The notes beneath the pieces are model-generated. The model ran no database searches, was not told the DNA's origin, and saw only the letters and a program-made list of their open reading frames with translations. A stretch of 64,000 nt of DNA, from contig CAVWIH010000030.1 in NCBI GenBank assembly GCA_963755025.1, positions 1-64,000 of the forward strand, written 5' to 3'. Positions 11,521 through 21,972 of this stretch are shown here, in pieces (the first letter of the stretch is position 1; every line of letters starts with the position of its first letter). The DNA comes from an uncultured Actinomycetes bacterium. GTDB taxonomy: Bacteria; Actinomycetota; Thermoleophilia; UBA2241. The translations under genes were made by a program, and so were the position numbers.

Positions 11521-13027
11521 TTACGGCACGCGCACGGCGGAGGTCGCGAGCGCGAGCATCTCGTGGTTGGTGAGCTCTTCGTCGAGTGTGTTCGATACCC
11601 AGTAGGCCACGCCGTCGGCCTGCCAGGCGATCATGTGCAGGTGAGAGCCGTCGTAGTACAGCGAGTAGCTGCGTCCGGCGATCGTGCGCGTCGCGTCGGG
11701 GCTCGCCAGGATAGGGGCGCCGGTCCAGGCGATGGCCTGGACGTCCCAGTAGCCGCCCTGCGGCGCGGTGCCGACCGCCACGGCGGCCTTGGCGTTGCCC
11801 GAGCCGGTGGGCACGACGTAGGCGCGGTACTGGTCGTAGCCCAGGCCTCCCGGCAGGGCGGCCGGCATGTAGAGCTTGAGGTGGGCGTGGGCCTGCAGCG
11901 CACGCCACTGGGCCACGTGGTAGGCCGAGTCGGTGATGGCGCGCCTGGTCGTCGGGCGCTTCGCGGCCGGCGCCGCGCTCGCCGCGCCGGCCGCCGGCGA
12001 GGCGCCCGGCGCGCCGGCGACGCTCGTCGAGCCGTGCGGCGCCTGCACCGGGTGCAGGAACTGATGGACGGCGGCGTGCACCTGCGGCGGGTGTGGCGAC
12101 CACGTAGTCGATGCCGTTGATGGTGGGCGTCGAGCCGTCGATGTGCGTCTGGTAGATGTGGTTGGTGTTCAGCGACAGCGCCAAGCTGAGCACCGAGTAG
12201 AGCTTGCCCAGGCTCGAGATGTCCGAGGTGACGTTGTGCGAGATGATGGTCATCGCCGCCAGGAACCGCGGCAGGCTGGTGAGCGTCGCCGAGCCGGCGA
12301 GCTCGCGTTTCATCTCGCGCAGAAAGATCTGCTGGCGCACGATGCGGGTGAAGTCGCCGTTCTGGTCGTGGCGGAAGCGCACCCAGTCGAGCGCCTGCGC
12401 GCCGTTCAGGCGCTGGTAGCCGGGATTGATGTCGATCGACGCGTAGCCCGTGACGGCGGTGTTGTTGTAGTAGCCGCGGTCGATCATGAGGTACGCGCCG
12501 CCGAGCTTGTTGATGACCTGCTTGAAGCCGTCGAAGTTGATGTCGATGAAGTCGTTGATGGGCACGCCCAGCAAGCGCTTGGCGACCTCGAGCGAGAGCC
12601 TGGCGCCGCCGAACGAGTAGGCGGCGTTGATCTTGTTCGGACCGTAGCCGGGGATCGTGACCAGCAGGTCGCGCGGCACCGAGAGCATGGAGATGCTGCC
12701 CGACTTGGGGTCGAGCCGCACGAGCAGCATCGTGTCGGAGCGCGCGCCCAGGTCGGGCTGTCCCGTGCGGCGATCGCTGCCCAGCACCAGGATGGTGAGC
12801 GGCTTGCCGGGCTTTGCCGGGGAGAGCTGCGGCCTGGCGGCCTGGACCTCTTGCGGGTCGTTGCGGGCGACCTGCGCGGCCGTGCTCTGCAGCCAGCCGA
12901 TCAGGGCGCCAGCCGTGACCGCGACAAAGCACACCACGGCGACCACGAAGATCTTGGTGACGCGCAACCACAGCGTGCCGCGCCGGCCGGGCGCCCCGGC
13001 TGCGGTGTAGCGGGTGTAGGTGGGCAC
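11521..13027 (-). CDS. LCP (LytR-CpsA-Psr) family cell-wall glycopolymer ligase (frameshift near 12090)
   Basis: LVLGSDRR, RSDTMLL, SVPRDL, KINAAY, RFRHD and DFTRIVRQQ motifs. The C-terminal part is in ORF 11521..12081. Confidence 0.88.
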
Positions 13028-13194
13028 TGCGGTGTTCCTCTGTAGCTGGTTCCGTCTGCGGCGCTTTCCTTGCGCTCTTTGTACCCCGCTGCACGAAGTG
13101 TCAGTTCACAGGCGCCGATGGCGCGCCGCGGCGGTGCGGCTGGGCGACCGTCAGGGCGCGACCTGGGCCCCGGCGACGGACGTGCCGGAGCGGC

Positions 13195-14832
13195 TCACGG
13201 CGCGGTCGGCAGCGACTGCTCGGGGATCTGCCGGCCGCGCGCCGCGTAGTCGACGATCATGGCGTCGGTGATCCACTCGACCGGCGCGCGGTCGTCGGTC
13301 CAGGGGTGCGCGGCCGGCGCCTGCGGGCGCATCTGCGCCGCCAGCAGGCGCGTGAGGGGGCGCAGCACCGGCGGCGTTGCGCTGGCGGCCAGCCGGCGGC
13401 GCAGCTCAGCCGGCGGCGCGGGCTGCGACAGGCCGATGACGAGGTCGTTGAAACGCAGCGCCGGCCAGACCACGACCTGCGGAAACTCGGTCGCCAGCGT
13501 GCCGGCGATGCCGTCGACCAGGCGCGGGTCGCCGGGTACGGTCGAGACGTTCAACGCCACGATGCCGCCGGGCGCCAGGCGCTCGCGGCACAGGGCGAAG
13601 AACTCGCGGGTCGCCAGGTAGAAGGGCACGTAGGGCTGACGGTAGGCGTCGATCATGATCAGGTCGTAGCGCTTAGTCGTGGCCTGCAGGTAGGGGCGCG
13701 CGTCTGCGTTGTAGACCGTGAGGCGCGGGATCTGGCCGAGCCCGAAGTAGCGCCGCGCCACGGCGGTGACCTGGGGGTCGATCTCGACGCCGTCGTAGGC
13801 GACGCCGGGGTAGAGCGCGCCGTAGGCCCGGGCGGTCGTGCCGGCCGCGTCGCCCAGCATCACGACATGCCGGGCCGGACGGCCGAGCAGCGCCGGCAGG
13901 GTGAGGAACATGTCCCACTCGCCACCGGTGAGCACGGTGTGCGGGCGCCACACCGAGTGCACCGCGTAGCCTTCGTTCAGGTAGAGGTAGCGCACCGTCC
14001 CCGCCCCTCTGCCCTGCTGCACGACTTCGATGAACTGGTAGCGCGACTCGCCCTCGTAGATCACCCCGGCCTCGGCCTTGACCAGGCCCGGCGGCACGGC
14101 GAGCAGCACCGCGAGGGCGGCGGCGGCGAGAAACCAGCGTCGGCCGAGCAGCGTGGCCGCCGCCAGGGCGACGACGGCCGCCGCGCCGAGCAGGGTGCGC
14201 TGGGTACCGATCAGCGGAATGGTGAACAGGGCGGGCACGAACGTGCCGAGCAGGCTGCCGGCGGTCGACAGCGCGAAGACCCGGCCGGCCACTGTACCGG
14301 CCTCGTCGACGTCGCCGACGGCCAGGCGGATGGCGAACGGCGTCACCATGCCGAGCAGCACGACGGGCGGGGCGAAGAGCGCAAGCGAGGCGGCGAAGGA
14401 GCCCACCACGGCGCCCGCCGAGAGCCGTTCGAGGCCGCCGATCGAGAGGTCGAGGAAGGGTCTGGCGACGAACGGCACCGCCGCGATCAGCGCCGCCGCG
14501 GCAAGCACCACGAAGCCCAGCAGCCGGGCGCTCGGGTGGGCGTCGGCGAGGCGGCCGCCGAGCCAGTACCCCACCGCCAGCGCAGCCAGGATGAGGCCGA
14601 TGATGTTGGCCCAGACGACGGTCGACGAGCCGTAGAACGGGGCCAGCAGGCGCGAGGCGCAGATCTCGGTGGCCATCGAGCCGACGCCCGCCAGAAAGAC
14701 GAGCGGCAGCAACGCGCGCGGCGCGCGCACCGGCGCGGCGGCCGGGGCCGGCGCGAGCGCGACGGTGGTCCCCGCAAGGCCCGACCGCACCGGCGGCTCG
14801 CGGTCGGCAGCGCGCTGCGGCGCCTGCGCCAT
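13195..14832 (-). CDS. Fused MFS-like membrane domain / spermidine synthase-like SAM-binding protein
   Basis: N-terminal TM region (EICASRLLAPFYGSS), ESRYQFI, VEIDP, DARPYL, YDLIMIDAY and C-terminal TDDRAPVE. Confidence 0.85.
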   Translation of the reverse strand: MAQAPQRAADREPPVRSGLAGTTVALAPAPAAAPVRAPRALLPLVFLAGVGSMATEICASRLLAPFYGSSTVVWANIIGLILAALAVGYWLGGRLADAHPSARLLGFVVLAAAALIAAVPFVARPFLDLSIGGLERLSAGAVVGSFAASLALFAPPVVLLGMVTPFAIRLAVGDVDEAGTVAGRVFALSTAGSLLGTFVPALFTIPLIGTQRTLLGAAAVVALAAATLLGRRWFLAAAALAVLLAVPPGLVKAEAGVIYEGESRYQFIEVVQQGRGAGTVRYLYLNEGYAVHSVWRPHTVLTGGEWDMFLTLPALLGRPARHVVMLGDAAGTTARAYGALYPGVAYDGVEIDPQVTAVARRYFGLGQIPRLTVYNADARPYLQATTKRYDLIMIDAYRQPYVPFYLATREFFALCRERLAPGGIVALNVSTVPGDPRLVDGIAGTLATEFPQVVVWPALRFNDLVIGLSQPAPPAELRRRLAASATPPVLRPLTRLLAAQMRPQAPAAHPWTDDRAPVEWITDAMIVDYAARGRQIPEQSLPTAP

Positions 14833-14908
14833 CGTCAGCCGCCCCCTCGGCTCGTGGTCATCTCGCGCTCATCTGGGGGCGGCCGGGCGACGCCATGCCT
14901 GCCCCGCT

Positions 14909-17719
14909 CTAGGCCGCGCTCGTCTCGCGCCGCGGGTCCATGCCCACGGCGCGCAGCATGTCGTCGTCGATCTCCTGGTCGATCTCGGCGTAGCCCCGCC
15001 AGGGGTCGTCGCTGCGACCCGCCAGACGGCGACCGGCGTTGCCCACGGTGTACGCGTCGGGCCGCAGGTCGGCCGTGAGCTCTTCCCAGCGCAGGGGCGC
15101 GCTCACGGGGGCGCCCGGGCGCCGGCGCGTCGAGTAGGGCGCCACGAAGGTGGCGCCGCGCCCGTTGCGCAGGTAGTCGATGAACACCTTGCCCGCACGT
15201 TTGCTCTTCGACATGGTGGCGAGGTAGCGCTGCGGTTCGGCGCGCACCATGAGATCGGCGAGGGCGTGCGAGAAGTCCTTGACCTCGTCCCACGACCGCG
15301 TCGGGCGCAGCGGCACGACCACGTGCAGGCCCTTGCCGCCACTGGTCTTGACGAAGCTGCGCAGGCCGAGGTGGTCGAGCAGGAGCCGCAGGGTCTGCGC
15401 CCCGGCGATGGTGCGGCCGAAGGGCAGGTCGGCGGCGGGGTCCAAGTCGAAGACCATCTGGTCGGGCTGCTCGAGCGTCTCGATGTGCGACCCCCACACG
15501 TGCAGCTCGAGCGCGCCCATCTGCACCAGCGCGAGCACGCCGGCCGCCGACTCGACGGCCGGGTAGACCGCCATCTCGCCGGATTCGCGGACCGGCACCT
15601 CGAGGACGCCGTCGGGCACGTGTGCGGCGAGGTGCTTCTGGAAGAAGCACTGCGCCTCGGCGCCCCCCGGGCAGCGCACCAGCGTGAGCGGGCGCCGCGC
15701 GATGTAGGGCAGCAGGCGGTCGGCGACCTTCTCGTAGTAGCGCGCCACGTCGAGCTTGGTGAGCCCGACGTCCGGATAGACGACGCGGTCAGGATGACTG
15801 ATGGCGACGCCGCCGACCACCGCCGGCGACTGCTGGCCGGCGGCTGGCGCTTTGCTTGCGGCCGGTTTGGCGCGACTCGCGGCGGCCGTCTTGCTGGTGG
15901 GCGGCGCGGCGCGGCCGGCAGCCTTGGGGGCGGCTCTCGCCTTTGGCCGCTCGGCGCGACTCGCGGCGGCCGCTTTGCTTGCGGGCGGCTTGGCGCGGTT
16001 CGCGGCGACGGCCCGCCGCGGCGCGGCGGCGGCCGGCAAGGGTTCGACGGCCGGGCCGGCCGCCGCCTCGGCCGCCTCTTCGAAGACGACCTCGTCGGGC
16101 GGCTTGTCGAAGCGCAACCCCTCGAACGAGGCGTGGCGCAGCGCATCGTGGCCGTTCCAGTCGAAGAACTCGATCTCGGCGACCAGGCTCGGCTCGACCC
16201 AGCGCACCCCGGCGGCGGCCCTGCCCCGCGGGGCGTTCTCGCAGGGCGGCTCGTCGACCACCAGGGGATCGAGGCGGGCGCGCAGGTCGCGCATGGTGCG
16301 GTCGTCCCAGCCCGTGCCGATCCGGCCCGCGCAGCGCACCGGTCCGCCGGGGCTCTCGTGAAAGCCCACGAGCAGCGCGCCGATGCGCCCGGTCACGCCG
16401 GTCCGTTCGGTGAAGCCGGTGATCAGGAACTCCTGGCGGCGCAGGCACTTCACCTTGAGCCAGTCCCGGCTGCGCCCCGCGCGGTAGGTCGCCTCGGCGC
16501 GCTTGGCCACGGCGCCCTCGAGGGCAAAGCCGCAGGCCTGGCGCACGAACTCGTCGCCGTGCCCGACGACGTGGTCGACGTAGCGCACGCGGGCGCCCGG
16601 AGGCTGGCCCGCGAGGAGGCGCTCGAGCGCCTCCTTGCGGGCCAGCAGCGGCGCCCGCGTCAGGTCGAAGCCGTCGAGGTACAGCAGGTCGAAGACGAAG
16701 TAGACGATGCGCCCCTCGGGGTCGGTGCCGCCCTGCAGGGCGCTCGCCAGCGCGGCGAAGGTCGTGCGCCCGTCGTCGTGGACGTAGACGACCTCGCCGT
16801 CGAGCAGCGCGCTCTCGGCCGGCAGCCGGCCGAGCGGTGCGGTGAGTGTCGGAAAGTGGTCGGTCCAGTCGGCCCCCCGACGCGTGAACAGGCGCAGCGC
16901 ACCGCCGTCGAGCCGGCAGAGCACCCGGTAGCCGTCGAACTTGATCTCGTGCAGCCAGCCGTCGCCGCGCGGCGCTTCGGAGACGAGCGTCGCGAGCTCG
17001 GGCTCGACGCGCCGCGGCAGGGGCGCGCGCCGCGCTCCGGGGATCTGCGCCGGGTCCTGCCGTGCCGCCGCCCGCGAGCCGGCGGCGGCCGCGGGGCCCG
17101 ACTTCCACACGCTGTCGGCGGACTGCGCGATCTGCTCGGCGGTGCGTCCCGTCTTGGCGCTGTCGGGCAGCAGCGCGGTGACCGCCGCCTCGTCGCCGCT
17201 GCGCGCCTCGTCGTCGCGCTCCTTGAAGAACAGCCAGTTGTCGGCCTTCTCGTCGCTTCTGCGGCCGTCGGGGTCACGGCGCGACTTCATGCGCACCAGC
17301 ATCCAGCGGCCGTGCAGCTTCTCGCCCTCGAGGCGGAACTTGAGGTGGCCGGCCTCGTAGGCCGCGCGCGGGTCGTCGGCGGTGTCCTCTTCGGGGAACC
17401 AGCGACCGGTGTCCCAGACCATCACCGTGCCGCCGCCGTACTCGCCCTTGGGGATCACGCCCTCGAAGTCGGCGTAGTCGAGGGGGTGGTCCTCGACGTG
17501 CACGGCGAGGTGCTTGTCGGCGGGGTCGAGGCTCGGCCCCTTGGGCACCGCCCAGCTCAGCAGCACACCGTCGAGCTCGAGCCGCAGGTCGTAGTGCAGG
17601 CGGCGCGCGGCGTGCTTGTGGATCACGAACAGGTCGCCGTGGGCGCTCGAGCCCACCTTCGCGCCCGGCTCGGGCGTCTCGCCCAGGCGGCGCTTGGCGC
17701 GGTAGTCGTCGAGAGCCAC
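14909..17719 (-). CDS. ligD: DNA ligase D (phosphoesterase-ligase-polymerase)
   Basis: PE domain (KHAARRLHYDLRLE, SWAVPKGP), ligase (EIKFDGYR, WLKVK), polymerase (RCPGG..FFQKH, FDLDP, KTSGGKGLH). GTG start just after the ku stop. Confidence 0.95.
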   Translation of the reverse strand: MALDDYRAKRRLGETPEPGAKVGSSAHGDLFVIHKHAARRLHYDLRLELDGVLLSWAVPKGPSLDPADKHLAVHVEDHPLDYADFEGVIPKGEYGGGTVMVWDTGRWFPEEDTADDPRAAYEAGHLKFRLEGEKLHGRWMLVRMKSRRDPDGRRSDEKADNWLFFKERDDEARSGDEAAVTALLPDSAKTGRTAEQIAQSADSVWKSGPAAAAGSRAAARQDPAQIPGARRAPLPRRVEPELATLVSEAPRGDGWLHEIKFDGYRVLCRLDGGALRLFTRRGADWTDHFPTLTAPLGRLPAESALLDGEVVYVHDDGRTTFAALASALQGGTDPEGRIVYFVFDLLYLDGFDLTRAPLLARKEALERLLAGQPPGARVRYVDHVVGHGDEFVRQACGFALEGAVAKRAEATYRAGRSRDWLKVKCLRRQEFLITGFTERTGVTGRIGALLVGFHESPGGPVRCAGRIGTGWDDRTMRDLRARLDPLVVDEPPCENAPRGRAAAGVRWVEPSLVAEIEFFDWNGHDALRHASFEGLRFDKPPDEVVFEEAAEAAAGPAVEPLPAAAAPRRAVAANRAKPPASKAAAASRAERPKARAAPKAAGRAAPPTSKTAAASRAKPAASKAPAAGQQSPAVVGGVAISHPDRVVYPDVGLTKLDVARYYEKVADRLLPYIARRPLTLVRCPGGAEAQCFFQKHLAAHVPDGVLEVPVRESGEMAVYPAVESAAGVLALVQMGALELHVWGSHIETLEQPDQMVFDLDPAADLPFGRTIAGAQTLRLLLDHLGLRSFVKTSGGKGLHVVVPLRPTRSWDEVKDFSHALADLMVRAEPQRYLATMSKSKRAGKVFIDYLRNGRGATFVAPYSTRRRPGAPVSAPLRWEELTADLRPDAYTVGNAGRRLAGRSDDPWRGYAEIDQEIDDDMLRAVGMDPRRETSAA

Positions 17720-17721
17720 GC

Positions 17722-18612
17722 TCAGGCCGCCTTGCGGCGCCCGCCCTTGCCGCCGCGCTTGGGGGCCGCCTTCTTCTTGTCGGCCCCCTCCCCACCGGCT
17801 TCGCCGCCGTCCGGTCCGCTGGCCTCGCGCACCTGGTCGACGCTGCGCTTGAGCAACGCCATGATGTCGACCACCTGGCCCTCGGGCGCCGGCTCGCCGG
17901 CCTCGACGGCCTCGACGGCTCCCGTGCGTTCTTTCTCGTCGATCACCCTGAGGAGGTCGTCGCGATACTCGTCGCGGTACGCCTCGGGGTCCCACGTGGT
18001 GGCCATGGCCTCGATCAGCTGCTCGGCCATGGTGATCTCGGGCTGGGTCAGGCCGAGCTCCTCGAGGTCGTCTTCGGGCACCTCGAGCTCGCCTGAGTCG
18101 CGCAGCTCGTAGGCGTAGCGCAAGGTCTCGAGCACGAGCAGGTCGCCGCGCGAAAAGACGGCGCACAGGTACTCCTTGGTGCGGATGACGACCTTGGCGA
18201 TCGCCACCCTGTGTGTGTCGCGCAGCACCGCCCGCAGGAGCGCGTAGCCCTTTTTGCCGGAGCCTATGGGCGCCAGGTAGAACGGCTTCACGAAGTAGGT
18301 GATGTCGATCTCGTCGGCCTGCACGAAGCCCAGGATGCTCACCGTCTGGCTGGCCTTGGGGTTGGCCCGCTTGAGCTCTTCGTCGGTGAGCACCACGTAC
18401 TGCCCGCCGCCGGTGTCGTAGCCCTTGACGATCTCCTCGTAGGGGACCTCCTGGCCCGTCTTCTCGTCGACGCGCTTCTCGCGCACGCGGCTCATGGTGC
18501 GCCGGTCGAGCTGGTTGAAGCGCAGCTCCTGGGGGCGCTCGGCCGCGTACAGGCCGACCGGCACGTTGACGAGACCGAAGCTGATGGCGCCTTTCCAGAT
18601 CGCTCTGGGCAT
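17722..18612 (-). CDS. ku: Ku NHEJ protein
   Basis: MPRAIWKGAISFGLVNVPV, EIVKGY, DIMALLKRSV and a basic tail. Adjacent to ligD. Confidence 0.96.
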   Translation of the reverse strand: MPRAIWKGAISFGLVNVPVGLYAAERPQELRFNQLDRRTMSRVREKRVDEKTGQEVPYEEIVKGYDTGGGQYVVLTDEELKRANPKASQTVSILGFVQADEIDITYFVKPFYLAPIGSGKKGYALLRAVLRDTHRVAIAKVVIRTKEYLCAVFSRGDLLVLETLRYAYELRDSGELEVPEDDLEELGLTQPEITMAEQLIEAMATTWDPEAYRDEYRDDLLRVIDEKERTGAVEAVEAGEPAPEGQVVDIMALLKRSVDQVREASGPDGGEAGGEGADKKKAAPKRGGKGGRRKAA

Positions 18613-18811
18613 GTCTCACCTCTACGGTCAGGCTGCCGCGAACAGGGGTGCGTCGCTCCTTGCCGAAGGCGAGCGGCCGCGACGCCCGGCAGCGCACCTC
18701 ATGCCGATACCCGCGCACGCCGCTCCCGACGACCGTTTTGGCCGCCGCAGCCGCGCCGCGGCCCTGCGGCCTGCCGCGCAGCCACGTGCTCGAGCCGACG
18801 CCGCGGCCCGC

Positions 18812-20131
18812 TCACTCCGTGTCGCCCGAGAGCTCCACGGCGTAGCCGTCGTCGGCGGCCGCGCGTCCCAGGTCGGCGCAGCTGCGCGCGCCGCTGCGCT
18901 CCGAGACGCAGGCCCACTCCGCACGCAGGGTCGGGGCGGCCACGAACAGCCCGACCAGGGCGACGGCGCCGCTCACGGCGAAGATGTAACCGCCGATCAG
19001 CCCGTAGAGCAGCGGCGCGGTGAGCGTGCCGATGAGCGCGGCGAGCTGCATCGCGGTCTGCTCGACGCCCTGGATCGTGCCCAGGTAGCGCGGCGCGGCG
19101 ACCTGCACCAGAAAGGCCTGCTTGGCCGGGGAGGCGACGGCCCAGGCCGCCCCGCCGATCAGCATGGCGGCGAGGTAGATGGTCAGGTCGTGCGTCAGCG
19201 AGAACACGATCCAGCTCGCCCCGGTGATGCCGAAGCCCCAGAACATGAGCGAGAAGCGGTTGCGCCGGTCGGCCACGCTTCCGCCCACGAACGAGAACGC
19301 CATGGGCACGCTGAAGGCGATCCAGGTGAGCCCCACGACGCGCATCGAGGCGCCGATGTGGCGCAGCCAGATGCTCCACACCACGTCCCAGGCGCCCATC
19401 GCGAACTCGGCGGCGGCCACCGCCACGATAATGGCCGCCACCGGGCGGCTGAGCAGCACGCGCAGCGGCGGGCGCGGCGGCGCCGGCGCGGCGCGCTCGG
19501 CGCGGACGTGCGGCGGCTCGCGCAGAAAGACGGCCAGCACGACCGCCACTACGGCGGTGAGCGCCGCGCTGAAGATGAAGATGGCGTAGAACGCCCAGCG
19601 GCCCTGGCCGCCGCCCAGGGCGTACAGGGGCCAGGCCAGAGCCGGTCCCACGATCAGGCCGGTGAACTGCGCCGAGGTCAGCCAGCCGTAGGCGTGACTG
19701 CGGTTCTCGTTCACGGTGATGTCGGCGACGAAGGCCTGCGCCGCGGGCACCACGGCGGCCGCGCCCATGCCCTCGACCAGGCGGAACAAACAGAACCAGG
19801 CCGGGTTCGTGGTGGCCAGGAAGAGCGTGGTCGCCACCGTGTAGAGCACGGTGCCGGCGATGATCATGGGCCGCCGCCCCAGGCGGTCGCTCAAGTGACC
19901 GAAGTACCCCGAAAAGGCGAACACGCCGATGTAGTAGGCGGCCGCGATCAGGGCAATCGCCGTGAGCGAGGCGTGCGCCTGTTCTCTCAGGAAGACCGGC
20001 AGGTAGGGCAGGATGGCGCCCGCCCCGAGCCACACGGTGAAATCGGTGGTCGCGATGAGGGCGAGCTGCGCGCGCCCGCGGCCAAAGCCGGGGGCGCGCG
20101 AGCCTTGGTCCCGTGCCGGCGGTAGGTTCAC
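18812..20131 (-). CDS. MFS transporter (DHA1/TetA-like)
   Basis: Motif A GHLSDRLGRR, RLVEG and about 12 TM segments. Start uncertain. Confidence 0.85.
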   Translation of the reverse strand: MNLPPARDQGSRAPGFGRGRAQLALIATTDFTVWLGAGAILPYLPVFLREQAHASLTAIALIAAAYYIGVFAFSGYFGHLSDRLGRRPMIIAGTVLYTVATTLFLATTNPAWFCLFRLVEGMGAAAVVPAAQAFVADITVNENRSHAYGWLTSAQFTGLIVGPALAWPLYALGGGQGRWAFYAIFIFSAALTAVVAVVLAVFLREPPHVRAERAAPAPPRPPLRVLLSRPVAAIIVAVAAAEFAMGAWDVVWSIWLRHIGASMRVVGLTWIAFSVPMAFSFVGGSVADRRNRFSLMFWGFGITGASWIVFSLTHDLTIYLAAMLIGGAAWAVASPAKQAFLVQVAAPRYLGTIQGVEQTAMQLAALIGTLTAPLLYGLIGGYIFAVSGAVALVGLFVAAPTLRAEWACVSERSGARSCADLGRAAADDGYAVELSGDTE

Positions 20132-20299
20132 GTTCAAAAGGAGTCTGTCCTGGATCTGTGCCGTGCGGCGACGCGCGGTGGCGTCGGCTGACAAGGCGGA
20201 CGGCGTGTCTGCGCAGTCTCTACCCGGGGCCGTGCCGCGCAAATCCCGCTCCCCGGCGGCCGCGAGGGGCGCCGACGGGCGCCGCGACCCCGGCCCGTC

Positions 20300-21112
20300 T
20301 CAAGCCGGCAGCGCGGCCGCCTTGCGCAACAGGTCGACGAAGGCCGGCATGAGCGCCGGGCCGGCGCCGACGATGGCCGGCCCCTTGCCGTGCCCGGCCG
20401 GCAGCGCCGCCACCTGGGCGCCGGCCTCTTCGGCGATGAGGCGGCCGGCGGCGTAGTCCCAGGGAGAGAGGTCGAGCTCGTAGTAGGCGTCGAGCTGGCC
20501 GGCGGCGAGGCGGCAGAGGTCGAGGGCGGCCGAGCCGCCGCGGCGAATGTCGGCGACGCGCGCCAGCACGTAGGCGAGCGCGGCGCCCTGCTGAGCGCGC
20601 TGCTTCGCCTCGTATGAGAACCCGGTGCCGACCAGCGCCTGGGAGAGGATCGCCTGCGACCGCACGGCCAGGCGCTTGTCGTCTTGCCAGGCGCCCCCGC
20701 CGCGCACCGCCCAGAAGACGATGCCGGTGAGCGATTCGTAGACCACCCCGACGACCGTCTCGCCGTCGATCTCGGCGGCCACCGACGCGCAGAAGGCGGG
20801 GTAGCCGTAGACGTAGTTCATGGTGCCGTCGAGGGGATCGACGATCCAGCGCACGCCGCTGCTGCCCTCGCGGGCGCTGCCCTCTTCGGCGAGGATGCCG
20901 TCGTGGGGGCGGGCGGCGGTCAGCATGGCGACGATGGTCGCCTCGGCGGCGCGGTCGACGTCGCTCACGAAGTCGTTGGGCGCCGACTTGGTGGTCACGT
21001 TGCGGATGTGGTCGACGCCCTCGATGTGCAGGCGCCCGGCGGCGCGCGCGAGCTCGATCGCCAGCGCCCGCAGCTCGCCGATCAGCGCGCTCGAGTCGGC
21101 CGTGGCGGTCAT
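20300..21112 (-). CDS. Inositol monophosphatase family protein
   Basis: ILAEE, WIVDPLDGT, GSAALDL and WDYAAG motifs. Confidence 0.92.
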   Translation of the reverse strand: MTATADSSALIGELRALAIELARAAGRLHIEGVDHIRNVTTKSAPNDFVSDVDRAAEATIVAMLTAARPHDGILAEEGSAREGSSGVRWIVDPLDGTMNYVYGYPAFCASVAAEIDGETVVGVVYESLTGIVFWAVRGGGAWQDDKRLAVRSQAILSQALVGTGFSYEAKQRAQQGAALAYVLARVADIRRGGSAALDLCRLAAGQLDAYYELDLSPWDYAAGRLIAEEAGAQVAALPAGHGKGPAIVGAGPALMPAFVDLLRKAAALPA

Positions 21113-21134
21113 CGGGTCGCCGGCGCCGGCGCGG

Positions 21135-21566
21135 TCAGGCCTGGTTGTAGAAGCCGCTGCCGGCGAGGCCGCGCCGCTCGTCGCCCGACAGGTCGACGTG
21201 CGTCGGGCTGAGCATCAGCACGTGCTCGGCGACCACGCTCAGGCCGCCGTCGCGCGCATAGGCCAGGCCGCTGCAGAAGTCGGTCGCCCGCCGGGCGACG
21301 TCGTTGCCGCAGCCCTGCAGGTCGACCATGACCGGCGCGTCGCGCCGAAAGGCGTCGGCGACGCGCTGGACGTCGGCGAAACTGTCGATGGCCACCACGC
21401 AGAACTCGTGGCGCGCCGGCTGCACCAGCCGCAGCGGAGGCTCCTCGTGTGCTTCGTACTGCACGGCTTCCTCATCCCAGTCGTCTTCGTCGTCTCTGCC
21501 CGCTGACCAGGCCAGGGCCGCATCGAGTCGGCCGCGGGCCCGGCGCCAAGAATCGCTCGCACTCAT
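21135..21566 (-). CDS. sepF: SepF-like cell division protein
   Basis: FADVQRVADAFR..PVMVDL..RRATDFCSGLAYA..VLMLSP, with an acidic N-terminal linker. Confidence 0.8.
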   Translation of the reverse strand: MSASDSWRRARGRLDAALAWSAGRDDEDDWDEEAVQYEAHEEPPLRLVQPARHEFCVVAIDSFADVQRVADAFRRDAPVMVDLQGCGNDVARRATDFCSGLAYARDGGLSVVAEHVLMLSPTHVDLSGDERRGLAGSGFYNQA

Positions 21567-21853
21567 CGTTACCGCTTCTCCTCGAGATCTTCTCGCCACC
21601 AGATCCGCTCCGCCGCCGGCACCGCCCGCGTCGCCCCGCCCGGACGGCCCAGTGGCCCTCCGCAGGCGGCGCGCCCTGTGGTCACGCCGGAGCGGGTCTC
21701 GCCCGCCGCGTCAGAAGCGAGGAGACCAGTAGCTTAGCTTCGCCGGGGAGCTTCGGGTTTCCTTTGGCGCGCGGCCGTTGCCCGGCCCGCCGGGCCGTCG
21801 CGGCACCCGTCGGAGCGGCCGTCGCTGGGGCTCCTGCAGCGTGGCCGGGACTC

Positions 21854-21972
21854 CTACGGCGTCGCGGCGATCCGCCGGCGCGACCGGCGCCGGGTCCCTA
21901 CGGCGTCGCGGCGATCCGCCGGCGTGACCGGCGCCGGGTCTCTACGGCGTCGCTGCGACCCGCCGGCGCGCG
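21854..21972. repeat. 44-bp tandem repeat, about 3 copies, containing the MFS stop codon
   Basis: CTACGGCGTCGCGGCGATCCGCCGGCG... starts at 21854, 21898 and 21942. No spacers. Confidence 0.9.

Noticed and set aside
18700-18740. SigF/SigB-type promoter for ku-ligD (GGGTAT)
   Set aside because: A -10-like element is present but there is no GTTT -35 at the proper spacing.
21854-21972. Possible CRISPR array (also 25589-25716)
   Set aside because: The units are contiguous without unique spacers, overlap gene ends, and there are no cas genes.
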